Origin: a virus
Lineage: Duplodnaviria; Caudoviricetes
Direction: 5' to 3' (one strand)
IMG/VR virus record: IMGVR_UViG_3300025313_000023
Span: 1-50,058 of that record
DNA length: 50,058 nucleotides
Positions 27,148-36,706 of the stretch are shown here, one piece after another. Numbering within the stretch: position 1 is the stretch's first letter; every line of letters begins with the position of its first letter. A program made the translations under genes and the position numbers. The notes beneath the pieces were generated by a model, which was given only the letters and a program-made list of their open reading frames with translations, had not been told where the DNA came from and searched no databases.

Positions 27148-27375
27148 TCACAAGGCCTCGGCCAATAGTACCATCAGCTCCGGATCGTAGACAAATACAT
27201 GACCGCCGATGTTCTGTGTCCCCCGTTGAGCGCTGATGGAGGTCGCACGCTTTCCCTGGTAACGCTTGGCTACAGCGCCCTGGCCGCTTCCTGTGGGCGT
27301 GGGTGTCGAAGTGACCGCTTCGTAATACTCCTCCCACTGCTTCTCAGTCAAGCTGGTTCCCGGTTCGACCATCAT
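27148..27375 (-). CDS. Hypothetical protein
   Basis: GGAGG RBS. Confidence 0.5.
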   Translation of the reverse strand: MMVEPGTSLTEKQWEEYYEAVTSTPTPTGSGQGAVAKRYQGKRATSISAQRGTQNIGGHVFVYDPELMVLLAEAL

Positions 27376-27379
27376 GCGC

Positions 27380-28894
27380 CTATCCTCCGCCTAGCCTCTT
27401 CATGACGCTGCTGAACAGACTCTCCCGCTCAACGGTGACGGCCAGCCGACCGCCCCGAACCGCCAGGGTCTCAATGTAGTGCAGGTGATTCTCCTCGATG
27501 TTGCTGTGGCGCTTGACTGGCGTCGGTAACATGAAGGCCGCCGAGAAGAGATAGTTATCCACCTGGATTTCCTCCATGGGAAGCTCCCGCCCCTGGGCCT
27601 CATGAATGACCGTCCGGCCTTCGGCCCGATCGACATAGGTGTTGTGATGATACTTCACCAACCGCTGCCGGGCCTTGATGACCGGAGGCCCGTGGACGAT
27701 CAGGAAAAAATAGAACTGGGACGGATCGGCGTCGTCATGGACGAGCGTCACAGTGTCGGCTGTGAACGCCACGCTGACATCGATCAGACCAAGCTGAAGC
27801 GGAGGAGCCGCGCCGCTGATCGATGCGTAGACCTCATCGAACTCATGCTGGTAGACTTCCCGGCTGGCACCCGCGTTGCCATCGAAGTTGAAGCGGGTGG
27901 CGATGACAGCCCGCTCCGTCGGCCCCGTCGCAAATCCGTCCGAGAACCCGAAGCCTTGAGTGTTGCCCACGTCAGTAGAGACAACGTCCTGTGTGCTCTC
28001 TGTCAGGGCAGCCGAGACCATCTCAATCGCCTCCGGGGTCCAGGTCATCCCGGTCAATGTGAAGGGATTGAGATTCGTCTGCGTCAGGCCGTGAGCGATG
28101 AAGTGTCGGCCCGTCATCACGATGAGCACGAACTTCCGGCTCCCGTTCCGCTCCAGCCAGTTGAGCTCGACGTCCATGTCGTTGAAGGCTTCGACCCGGG
28201 CACGGACGAGGGCCGCCGTGTCGCTGATGATCGCCAAGCACTCCGTCCGGCGACAGTACATGGCGGCATTCGATGTTCCCGCAGCGCTGTCCTCGAAGTT
28301 GGCCCATACGGCATTCTGGTCGGCGGCCGCCCCATAGGAGGCACCGAGACAGACCTCGACGTCCGCGCTCGTCGTCTCGAATGCCGTCTTGCCTGATCCG
28401 AGGACCTCGACGAAGGTTGGCCTGAATGGCGTGGTGTAGGTCTGGACACCCGTCGCTCCGGGCTCTGTGATTTCGATGGCGTCGACCTCAACCCCGGAAA
28501 TGGCCTCGACGATCACGGCCATGTCGGCCGTGAACTGCTGCAGAATCTCATATTCGAATCCGTCGTCCAACATCCGCACGATGGCCAGCTTGCCCGTGGT
28601 GGTTGTCGGGCCGCTCTGGCGCACAACGCACGACGTATTCCAGAGGGCCGAACCAGTGTTATAGGGATCGGCGGCGTCGGTCCGGTGGGCGCTCCAGCAG
28701 TAGTTCTTCCCATTGTCGAGCGCGACGCCGCGGCCCTCCATGAGGGTCGTGCGGGTCGGGCCAGCATCCACAATGAAGTTGGCGACGGACCATCGAGTCT
28801 TGACGATGGTGGGGCGGAAGCCAATGGTGTTGACCTGGACGAGTGTCCCGACTACCGCTGTTCCTGGCTGGAAGACCGTTACCTTTGTCGCCAT
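27380..28894 (-). CDS. Tail fibre/receptor-binding-like protein
   Basis: Beta-rich with internal repeats (IGFRPT, TPFRPT, MTWTPE); last tail gene. Confidence 0.6.
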   Translation of the reverse strand: MATKVTVFQPGTAVVGTLVQVNTIGFRPTIVKTRWSVANFIVDAGPTRTTLMEGRGVALDNGKNYCWSAHRTDAADPYNTGSALWNTSCVVRQSGPTTTTGKLAIVRMLDDGFEYEILQQFTADMAVIVEAISGVEVDAIEITEPGATGVQTYTTPFRPTFVEVLGSGKTAFETTSADVEVCLGASYGAAADQNAVWANFEDSAAGTSNAAMYCRRTECLAIISDTAALVRARVEAFNDMDVELNWLERNGSRKFVLIVMTGRHFIAHGLTQTNLNPFTLTGMTWTPEAIEMVSAALTESTQDVVSTDVGNTQGFGFSDGFATGPTERAVIATRFNFDGNAGASREVYQHEFDEVYASISGAAPPLQLGLIDVSVAFTADTVTLVHDDADPSQFYFFLIVHGPPVIKARQRLVKYHHNTYVDRAEGRTVIHEAQGRELPMEEIQVDNYLFSAAFMLPTPVKRHSNIEENHLHYIETLAVRGGRLAVTVERESLFSSVMKRLGGG

Positions 28895-28895
28895 T

Positions 28896-30518
28896 TCAGA
28901 CCGTCGGCGGTATCACGGGCGGAGCCGCCTGCTTCAGGAAGAAGGCCCGACCGACAGCCGTGGTGCAGCGCCTCCCATATATCTGCGGCAGCCATCGGAA
29001 GCTCTGGGCGTCCCCAAGTTTCGTCATGTCCACAATGAGGTCCCACGGCCGGCGATCAGCGTCCAGTACCCGGGCGACGACGGTCGTGTTGGCATCCCGC
29101 TTCTGGCTTCCGACGTACTCACCCTGGTCATCAAGAATGTCGCGCACTTCGGCGGTCATCGATTGCGTGCCAGTCACGGCCGTCTGATTGTAGATCGAGC
29201 GCGAGAGCGTCCACACGAACCCTCGGACGAAGACCTCCAGGTATTCATCCCCGCTGCCGCCGCCGAGCGTCATGCTTGGCCGCGGAAATGCTCGCAGGTC
29301 GAGGTACTGCTGGACCGTCTGGTCGGCCACCGGATTTCCCTGCACCTCGCCCCCGCCAAGAACGAGCTGCGAGATCGGATATTGTTCTTGGCTCGGGACA
29401 TTCTGCAGAAGGGTCGATCGATCAACAGTGCCATCCCCGTCCACATCGGCCCGCATGATCCCCTTATTGACGACCGGCTCCAGGCTGATCGTGAATCGGT
29501 CTGGGGGAAGGTTGTAGGTCATCTCGACAATCATGCCTTCGAACTCAGGTTCCAGCCCATATCCCCATGCTTCGATCCACCGCCCTAGACCGCGCTCAAA
29601 CATCTCCTTCAACACGGTCTCGCGGCTTCGGATCTTGAAGCGGCAGCTGTAGTATCCGCCCTCGGCATGCTCCTCGGGAGCGAACTCCGAGAACACAGCA
29701 TCGATGAAGCCCGGCTGGTTCTCTTCGACGAGGTTGAGCAGGAACTTGTAGCCGGTCTCCTCTGTAGCCACCTCGTTCGTTGCAACTGTGCCAGAGTCGT
29801 CGTCGAGCATCCAGTAGGCGATTGGACCCAAGGACATGATGGCCTTCCTCATGTCAAGGTTTCTAGCGTTGAAAACGCCGAGTAGATCCGAGGCCGACAA
29901 TACCTCATCAAAAACTGCGGCATGGGCGAGGAAGCCGCTGTGGGGGATAATCGGCGTTGTGTTGTAGGCTCCGAGCGTCGTTAGTGTGCTGGTCAGCGGG
30001 TTAGCAACCGCCCCGAGCGCGGTCTGGGTTGCCCCTACCTGGGCGCCATTCAGGTATGCTTTGAATTGATCGGCTGCCTCATCCCACGTCATGGCCATGA
30101 GAAACCAGTCCGTCGTTGCTCCAAGACTGGTATCGATCACCAAATCGGTGATCCCACTACCAACATGTAAGAATCTCAACTGATTGGCGACGCTTGTTTT
30201 CTCAAGGCTCATCCCGTCGGCGGCTGCATTTCGGAGGTTTATGAACATTCTCTCCGTTGCATCGGCCCAGACTGCAGCGCTGGCCATCTTGACCCAGATA
30301 AGAGCAGAGCCTTTCGCAAGGTTCAATTCCGAGGCGAGCTTCGTTGTGTAGATGGTGACATAGTCACCGCCGTCGAAGGAGAACGCGCTCCGCCCGTCTC
30401 CGATGCCAGCCGCGCCGAGCGTCGGTGCGGCAGCCCCAGCACCTAGCGCGCCATCAAATGCACCGGTGATCAACCTAGTTTTGACCTTGTCGTTCCGGAG
30501 CGTGATTGAATGGATCAT
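28896..30518 (-). CDS. Tail tip protein with N-terminal LamG/concanavalin-like domain
   Basis: FSFDGGDYV...WFLMAMTWD...YLNG...AVFDEVLS...YWMLDDDSG. Confidence 0.75.
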   Translation of the reverse strand: MIHSITLRNDKVKTRLITGAFDGALGAGAAAPTLGAAGIGDGRSAFSFDGGDYVTIYTTKLASELNLAKGSALIWVKMASAAVWADATERMFINLRNAAADGMSLEKTSVANQLRFLHVGSGITDLVIDTSLGATTDWFLMAMTWDEAADQFKAYLNGAQVGATQTALGAVANPLTSTLTTLGAYNTTPIIPHSGFLAHAAVFDEVLSASDLLGVFNARNLDMRKAIMSLGPIAYWMLDDDSGTVATNEVATEETGYKFLLNLVEENQPGFIDAVFSEFAPEEHAEGGYYSCRFKIRSRETVLKEMFERGLGRWIEAWGYGLEPEFEGMIVEMTYNLPPDRFTISLEPVVNKGIMRADVDGDGTVDRSTLLQNVPSQEQYPISQLVLGGGEVQGNPVADQTVQQYLDLRAFPRPSMTLGGGSGDEYLEVFVRGFVWTLSRSIYNQTAVTGTQSMTAEVRDILDDQGEYVGSQKRDANTTVVARVLDADRRPWDLIVDMTKLGDAQSFRWLPQIYGRRCTTAVGRAFFLKQAAPPVIPPTV

Positions 30519-30808
30519 GGGAATGTCTTAGAGACATCCGCCAAGTTGGCAGCTATCGCGGCGCACCGGGCCAGCAAGTCAAGTTGTTGCTGCTCATCAT
30601 AGTCATCCCCAGCGACATCGCGGACCTGCTGGATGAGATCGGAGCGGATCTCGGCGTTGGTCTTCGTGACGCCGTATCGTTGGCTGATGCTCTTGACGAG
30701 CGCCCCATTCCGCATGACATCGAACGTGATCTGGATGAGCTGACCTTCATCGGGATCACGAAGGAGAGGCTCGACGACGACGTTGGCAAGCGCGTAGACC
30801 GTGCTCAT
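30515..30808 (-). CDS. Hypothetical tail-region protein
   Basis: ATGA coupled on both sides. Confidence 0.6.
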   Translation of the reverse strand: MSTVYALANVVVEPLLRDPDEGQLIQITFDVMRNGALVKSISQRYGVTKTNAEIRSDLIQQVRDVAGDDYDEQQQLDLLARCAAIAANLADVSKTFP

Positions 30809-32853
30809 GCCGCACCCCTCAAAAACAAGAAGCGATAGTGCATGAAGACCTCGACGGCCATTGCTTCGCCCAAACTAGCGACCAAAGGCTCAATGGCCCA
30901 TCCTTCCGTGGAGAAGTGCTCCATCAGGAAGTAGAGCCGAGTGCGCTTGCCCAGGTTGCGGAACTCGATCGGCTTATTGAAGCGCGGCCACTCCTCGGAG
31001 GGCGAGATCGTGCTATCGGCATGGTACTGGAACTTCACGGTCCGATTGGCGATGCAGCCGTTGTCGAGTTCCAGGTAGCTCCCGCCACGCAGGGCCGAGC
31101 TACCTCGACTGGAGTCCGTGACCGGATCGTCGACCCCGACGCTACCCTCCTGCACCGGAAAGAGGTACAGCCAAGCCCAGTCAAGGACGGCTGCCGATCC
31201 GCCGGCGCGCTCGGCCAGAAGATGAATGGCGACATTCAATGGCTCGAGCGGATCGTTGGCGTAGACCCGGGAGCGCGGAATCTGGATCAGCCCAAGGTCG
31301 GCGACCTCCAAGCCAAGATCGGCCGACAGGCTGCTGAACTCAAGGATGTCCGTGTGGGGATCGAAGTCCAGTTCCTCTCCGACGAAGACCCTTGCCGTCA
31401 TTGTGACATCGCCAGCCACGCCCCCGACCTGCTGGAAGGCGACGAGGACTCGATACTCGCCGCGGTAGGCCTGGACGACGTCGGTGCCAGTGAACATGAC
31501 CCTCGTTGTCAGGGTGCCGTCCGTGGCGAACGTGGTGCGGGCCTTGGCGCCGCCGGGATAGCCGATGTCCGAGACAGCCGAAGTGTCCGTGCCGTAGGTG
31601 ACGGCCCACGCGCCCGGGTTGTCCTGGTTCCCGGCATTCAGCATCGGCTCGAAGTCGTCGAGATCGACGACACCATCCTCTGAGTCTGACTTGGCCCCGA
31701 TGAGGATCCTCGAGATGTTCGGCTTGTCGGGAGTCTCATCACCCCCGCTCGGCGCCCACATACGGATGCAAGTCAGAGGATAGGTGTCTCCCTCGAGCGA
31801 AGCCGCAGGAACCTCGACGTAGGGCGTCCGCTGGGCATAGATCGTCGCTCCGTTCTTCTGGGGCAGGGTGGTCGTCGAAGTCACGGAGACAATGATGATC
31901 CGGATCCAATAGGCGTTCACGCCGTTGATGACCGTCTTGGCCCAGCCCGTCAGACGGTCGGGGAATAGATTGATGGCGAAGTCTCCGCCGTCCTGACTGG
32001 CGAAGAAGTCATCGTCGTCGATTGCCTCGCCGCCCTCAATGCGGTTGATCGTGTATTCGGTTCCGAGCGTCAGGTCCGTCCAGGCGGCACCGCTCCAATA
32101 CTGGAGCTTGGTGTCCCAGTTCGTCACTGCCCCGATCTTGAGGCCGTAGCAGACGTGCTTGAAGGCGATGTCCGTCGATCCGGCGTAGTGCAGATCACTC
32201 GCCGCCGGCGCGGCGGGCCACAGAGCGGTGCCATCTGCGGCGCTGATCAGGTTGGCGCTGAAGGTCCCTGCGCTATCGTCGAAGGCGAAGACGTGGGTGA
32301 CGTCGCCATCGTCACGGAAGTTGGCGACCCAGACGATCTGAGGTGAGGCGGGGCCGTTGCTCGGACCGAGCGTGATCGCCGGCCGGCCGAGGACGGTCGT
32401 GTCGGTGCTCCCGAGCTGTCCAGGTGGCTTGGTCCGCCAGGGATGCTCACGGACGAGCGTCATTTGAACTGGCGTCAACACATGGCCAGCCCGGGCGGGC
32501 TGATCAAAGACGCTCGGGAAGTCGAGCTGGGATACCTCGCGGACGAACGCATATCGTTCATTGCTCTCGCAGTCGCCTTGCTGGTGGATGTAGACGTGCC
32601 GTGTCCACATCCCAGTCTGCGAGAACTCGTTTGCGCGATTGATGAGTCTCTTGAGACGCTGGATTTTCACTGCCAGCCCATCGGGCGATTGCGCCGCCAG
32701 CGAGAAGCGCCACTGCTCCGTGATGGCAGGCTCGTCCCCAAGCGGGAGCGCGGTGCTCTTCGAGCCGTCTGGCAGGATGCAAAGCGATCGAGGATCGAAC
32801 AGGTCGATTTCCTCGTTGCCGTCGCTCAGGACGAAGACGGGGATCTGGCTCAT
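30805..32853 (-). CDS. Distal-tail-like protein with inserted domains
   Basis: Immediately after tape measure; LVREHPWR. Confidence 0.6.
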   Translation of the reverse strand: MSQIPVFVLSDGNEEIDLFDPRSLCILPDGSKSTALPLGDEPAITEQWRFSLAAQSPDGLAVKIQRLKRLINRANEFSQTGMWTRHVYIHQQGDCESNERYAFVREVSQLDFPSVFDQPARAGHVLTPVQMTLVREHPWRTKPPGQLGSTDTTVLGRPAITLGPSNGPASPQIVWVANFRDDGDVTHVFAFDDSAGTFSANLISAADGTALWPAAPAASDLHYAGSTDIAFKHVCYGLKIGAVTNWDTKLQYWSGAAWTDLTLGTEYTINRIEGGEAIDDDDFFASQDGGDFAINLFPDRLTGWAKTVINGVNAYWIRIIIVSVTSTTTLPQKNGATIYAQRTPYVEVPAASLEGDTYPLTCIRMWAPSGGDETPDKPNISRILIGAKSDSEDGVVDLDDFEPMLNAGNQDNPGAWAVTYGTDTSAVSDIGYPGGAKARTTFATDGTLTTRVMFTGTDVVQAYRGEYRVLVAFQQVGGVAGDVTMTARVFVGEELDFDPHTDILEFSSLSADLGLEVADLGLIQIPRSRVYANDPLEPLNVAIHLLAERAGGSAAVLDWAWLYLFPVQEGSVGVDDPVTDSSRGSSALRGGSYLELDNGCIANRTVKFQYHADSTISPSEEWPRFNKPIEFRNLGKRTRLYFLMEHFSTEGWAIEPLVASLGEAMAVEVFMHYRFLFLRGAA

Positions 32854-34403
32854 TGTCTCTGCACTTCTTGTCTCATGGATTCGAGCATGGCGATCCCGTC
32901 AACGTCCCTCGTGATCGTCGGCTGGAAGATGATCGTCTTCGTCTGATAGCTCTGGTTGGCGTTGTTCGTGATGCCAGGACTACCGATCTGCGGCACCATC
33001 TGCTGTGCTGGCGTCTGAATGATCACGCGCTCTCCAGAGGAGGCCCCGAACGTAAATCGGTCGTTGGGATAACCCGGCGGCACCCTCACGTCCAGGCCGT
33101 GCTGGCCCGTCAGCGCGACGAGCGGCGCCCCGATTGTCATCCCCTCCAACTTGCGGGCAAGTTCGATCGCCTTCTTGAGCCTGCCGATGATGTCATCGAT
33201 GTCGCCCCCATACTGCTGGACGAGCTTTCGAGCCGTGCCCCACAGTGGCTTGTCGCCAGCCGCCACTGGTACGGCGGCCGCGGCGATGACCGTATTGTCG
33301 AACTCCTGCCTGAGTTTGCCAGCCTCTTCGGTGACCGGCGTCAGAGCGTCCCGGGCAGCAGTGAAGCTGGCAGGCGCGCCCTCAAGCGGAACACGGCCGA
33401 CGATCTCTCCCGGCTGGGGGCCCTGGATGCTCCCTGCCTGAAGGAGCTTTAGACCCTCTATGCTGGCCACCTGTGATTTGTAGTAATTGTCGCTGGCAGC
33501 CTGAAGGTCGCCAAGGCTTCTCTTGGCTTCGTCAAGCCCCTCAGAGATGTCTCCTCCAGCTGTCTTTACGGTGCCTCCCAATGATCTCATCTGGTCTTCC
33601 CAGGATCCTGTGGGCGCTTCCAGATCGAGGAGGCTAATTCTCAATGCTTCTAATCTGTCCGCTGCGTCTGTCAGGCCCTTCCCCTCTGCGAGATCAAGGG
33701 CCGCCTCGGCTAGGAAGTTAAGGAACATGGCCCCTTGACTGAGTGCCGGGACGGCCTCCAAGCCGACCGTATTCTTCAGGACCGTCCATGAGTCGTTGAG
33801 AGTGTCGAGCTGCAGCCGGAGCGTCTCCGTCTTTTGAATCTCCTCCTCGGTCACGACAAGACCATCACGGACAGCTGCGGCGTTGGCCCTGATCGCGTCT
33901 CCGCCCTCCTGAAGTAGCGGATCGAGGGCGGCCCAGTTGCGTCCGAATATCTTGGCCGCCTGAGCCGCTCTCTCGGTCGGATCCTGTATGGCATTCAGGC
34001 GATCAGCAAGGTCCGCGATGCTATCAACGGATGGGGCAAATCCATTCTTCGTCGCCAGCGCAAGCGCGGTCTCGACGGATCCCATGCTGATGCCGAAGTC
34101 GTCGGCGATCTGGACGATGCGACTGAAGTCTTCAGCCGTCGTTCCAGTGGCCCGGGAGGCATCAAGAATGGACTTGTTGTAGGCGATGAGGGAGCCGACC
34201 GTCTCATCGAAAATCCCTTTGGCTGTCCTGAATGCCTGGCCGACGATTTGCATGGCCGCATTGAAGCCGGTGAAGGCCAGCGCGACCTTCGTTCCAGTGT
34301 CGCCGAAGCCGCTGAGTGCCTTCTTGCTCTTGGCTATGTCGCTCTGGAACTTGGCTGAATCCTTCGCGACCAACTTAACGCCGGTCTCTTTCAGCTCTGC
34401 CAT
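32850..34403 (-). CDS. Tape measure protein (517 aa)
   Basis: Ala/Gly-rich helical; ERAAQAAKIFGR...LDPLL; follows the chaperone. Confidence 0.85.
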   Translation of the reverse strand: MAELKETGVKLVAKDSAKFQSDIAKSKKALSGFGDTGTKVALAFTGFNAAMQIVGQAFRTAKGIFDETVGSLIAYNKSILDASRATGTTAEDFSRIVQIADDFGISMGSVETALALATKNGFAPSVDSIADLADRLNAIQDPTERAAQAAKIFGRNWAALDPLLQEGGDAIRANAAAVRDGLVVTEEEIQKTETLRLQLDTLNDSWTVLKNTVGLEAVPALSQGAMFLNFLAEAALDLAEGKGLTDAADRLEALRISLLDLEAPTGSWEDQMRSLGGTVKTAGGDISEGLDEAKRSLGDLQAASDNYYKSQVASIEGLKLLQAGSIQGPQPGEIVGRVPLEGAPASFTAARDALTPVTEEAGKLRQEFDNTVIAAAAVPVAAGDKPLWGTARKLVQQYGGDIDDIIGRLKKAIELARKLEGMTIGAPLVALTGQHGLDVRVPPGYPNDRFTFGASSGERVIIQTPAQQMVPQIGSPGITNNANQSYQTKTIIFQPTITRDVDGIAMLESMRQEVQRQ

Positions 34404-34404
34404 C

Positions 34405-34630
34405 TCACTTCACCCTATCGTGGCGCGCGGCGACGGCCTGCGCGTACATCTGGATGCGGTACGCGGCGATGGTCACGGCCTGATCGCTTCCCTCAAGGTC
34501 CAGGAAAGTATGGAGCGGATAGCCCGCCCATCTTGCAGCGAGCATCCGCTCCATTTCCATCGAGAACATCACGCCCGACTTCGGGACCGGCCAGGAGAAA
34601 AGATCACGGCCTCGGTAGAGTGGCCGGAAA
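34405..34630 (-). CDS. Tail chaperone extension (gpT-like), probably reached by +1 frameshift
   Basis: Open +1 frame ends 1 nt before the TMP start; CGC TTT CCG site. Confidence 0.6.
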
Positions 34631-35107
34631 GCGCTCCACCGCGGATGCGATGGATTCCTCCGAGGGCTCGACGCGCTCGAACACCGCCCGCCTGAGCAGG
34701 AGAAGGTCCTCGAGGTCGGGGAGCAGGATCCGGCTGACGTAGACGACCTTGTCCTCCGCCGGCAGAATGACGGGCGGCGTCTGCCTTCCGGCCCATTCTC
34801 GCAGCTCCTCGACCTGGCGGATCCACATCTCGTCTGGGGGAAGCACGACTCCTCGGTCGATGGCGAAGTCGATCGCCAGGAGGCCGATCCGGTAGTCGTA
34901 GTCGAGCATCTCGGCCTGGTAGGCCGGATGCGCGGGATTCGATTCCATGCGCTTCTGGCCGCCATAGTCGATCTCCTGAGTCGGAGGCAGGGGTGCCTTC
35001 GGATGCGTGGCCCGCCAGTCCTGGACGAGGAGAGTCGGGATCCGCCTCACCTGGAGCGTCAGCCCCAGGTGAGGGAACTCTACAGGCCGCAGGTCACTCG
35101 CGCTCAC
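34604..35107 (-). CDS. Tail assembly chaperone (gpG-like)
   Basis: Between the tail tube and tape measure genes. Confidence 0.7.
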   Translation of the reverse strand: MSASDLRPVEFPHLGLTLQVRRIPTLLVQDWRATHPKAPLPPTQEIDYGGQKRMESNPAHPAYQAEMLDYDYRIGLLAIDFAIDRGVVLPPDEMWIRQVEELREWAGRQTPPVILPAEDKVVYVSRILLPDLEDLLLLRRAVFERVEPSEESIASAVERFPATLPRP

Positions 35108-36663
35108 AGAACTCCAGCCTTGCCCAGCAGGACCACACCGTCCGTCCCGTTGGCGGCTAGGCCGACGCAGAGGATGTTGTTGGCATCGATCGCCGCTCCG
35201 GCGTGCGGGACGGCGATGCGATTGATGCGGTCCACGACAGGCCAGTTGATGATCCGGCGGCCGCCGCTGTCCTGGCGGGCCCAGTCTGCTCCACCGTTCC
35301 AGGTGCAGAAGATGCGACCGGTCGGGGTCGCATCGTCGTGGACGAAGAAACCGACCTCTTCCGTGGCGAACACGATGTCCCTAACCTGACCGGCGCCTTC
35401 GCCCGAGAAGTGCTTTTCAGTCCAGCTCGCTCCGCCGTTCAGGGTGTAGTAGACCCGGCCGCATCCCACGCCGCATCCGACCCAGATCTCGTCCTTGCTC
35501 TTGACGGCATGCGAGATGATGTCGACAGCTAGGCCGACGGGCGAATCTGTGGTCGTTCCCCAACTCACACCCCGATCAAGGCTGCGGATCACAGTGTCGC
35601 TGGCGCCGACCGAGACGATGACCTCATCCTTGTCGCCGTCGATCCGGAAGAGATTGGATGTGGTCGCGTCGCCGGCGTCCATGACGCTGACGCCCGCCGT
35701 GATGTCCGTCGATCGGTAGATGTATCCGCCCTCGCCGCAGAAAAAGACCTCACGCGGCGAGAGAACGTACATATCAAGCGGGTCCTTGTTGGCGACGAAG
35801 CCAGTCGTGACCTTGGTGAACGTGCCGGGGATGCCAGTGTCGGCGTCGATCACCGCCCAGTAGTAGGCTCCATCGCCGAGGACCACGACCTTGTCGCCCA
35901 CGATGCCGATGGCCAGCGGATCTTCGGTTGCCCCAAGGCCGCTGATATTGACCTGCGACCAGTTCAGGCCGCTGTCCAGCGTGTAGATCAGTTCGGCTGG
36001 AAGACCGGGCGATCCGCCGCCGCTGGACTTCACGATGACATATGCCTTCTGGGTCCCATCGTCGGCCGGGCCGCAGTTGCCGCATTCAACCTCGGAACCG
36101 AAGACGCCGTCGACCGCTTCGTTGTCGACCTGCGTTGAGGCTTCCTCGGAGATGTTGATCGGACCGACGGGATAGATCTTATCCAGCGTGATGGAGATCG
36201 CGTCCTCGACCTGATTGTCATCCGCCCAGGCCGTGCGCGCTCCCATATCGACCTCGGTCGCCTCGGCCAGGCTGTAGATCTCGACCCAGTCGCCCCAGCC
36301 GTTGAGGAAGTCCGATAGGTCTTGGCATTGACCGCTCAGAAGGTAGACGTTGAACGGACATGGAATCTCGCCGAGTTGCCAGGGCAGGGGCCCGTGCTTC
36401 TCGAGGGCATGGAGCGTGGCTGTCGGGAGAGCCGGTGCCGTGACCTTGCGGCCTACGCTACGGAAGGCCTTGATGCGGAATGGATCCGGAACCTGGATGC
36501 TCTCGATGCCGCCCGAGATCGGACGGGTCACGCCATCGAGCATGAGGTACTGCGCATCTAGGCCTGCATATCGAACTGGATTGTTGGGCGCTGGCCCGCC
36601 CGGCTGCAGGAAGAGACGGCGCGCTTGCTGGGTACTGATCACATCGCCTGAAATCTTGGGCAT
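35104..36663 (-). CDS. Probable tail tube protein fused to a BNR/Asp-box beta-propeller
   Basis: Position, GGAGG RBS, own promoter motif; YTLDSGLNW, RSLDRGVSW, YTLNGGASW, TWNGGADW. Confidence 0.6.
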   Translation of the reverse strand: MPKISGDVISTQQARRLFLQPGGPAPNNPVRYAGLDAQYLMLDGVTRPISGGIESIQVPDPFRIKAFRSVGRKVTAPALPTATLHALEKHGPLPWQLGEIPCPFNVYLLSGQCQDLSDFLNGWGDWVEIYSLAEATEVDMGARTAWADDNQVEDAISITLDKIYPVGPINISEEASTQVDNEAVDGVFGSEVECGNCGPADDGTQKAYVIVKSSGGGSPGLPAELIYTLDSGLNWSQVNISGLGATEDPLAIGIVGDKVVVLGDGAYYWAVIDADTGIPGTFTKVTTGFVANKDPLDMYVLSPREVFFCGEGGYIYRSTDITAGVSVMDAGDATTSNLFRIDGDKDEVIVSVGASDTVIRSLDRGVSWGTTTDSPVGLAVDIISHAVKSKDEIWVGCGVGCGRVYYTLNGGASWTEKHFSGEGAGQVRDIVFATEEVGFFVHDDATPTGRIFCTWNGGADWARQDSGGRRIINWPVVDRINRIAVPHAGAAIDANNILCVGLAANGTDGVVLLGKAGVL

Positions 36664-36695
36664 GATGCCATCCTCCGATGAATGCTGTCAGCGGC

Positions 36696-36706
36696 GATTA
36701 TACAGC
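36696..36706 (-). promoter_or_regulatory. GCTGTATAATC motif upstream of the tail tube gene
   Basis: Identical 11-mer upstream of the capsid gene (47023-47033). Confidence 0.5.
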
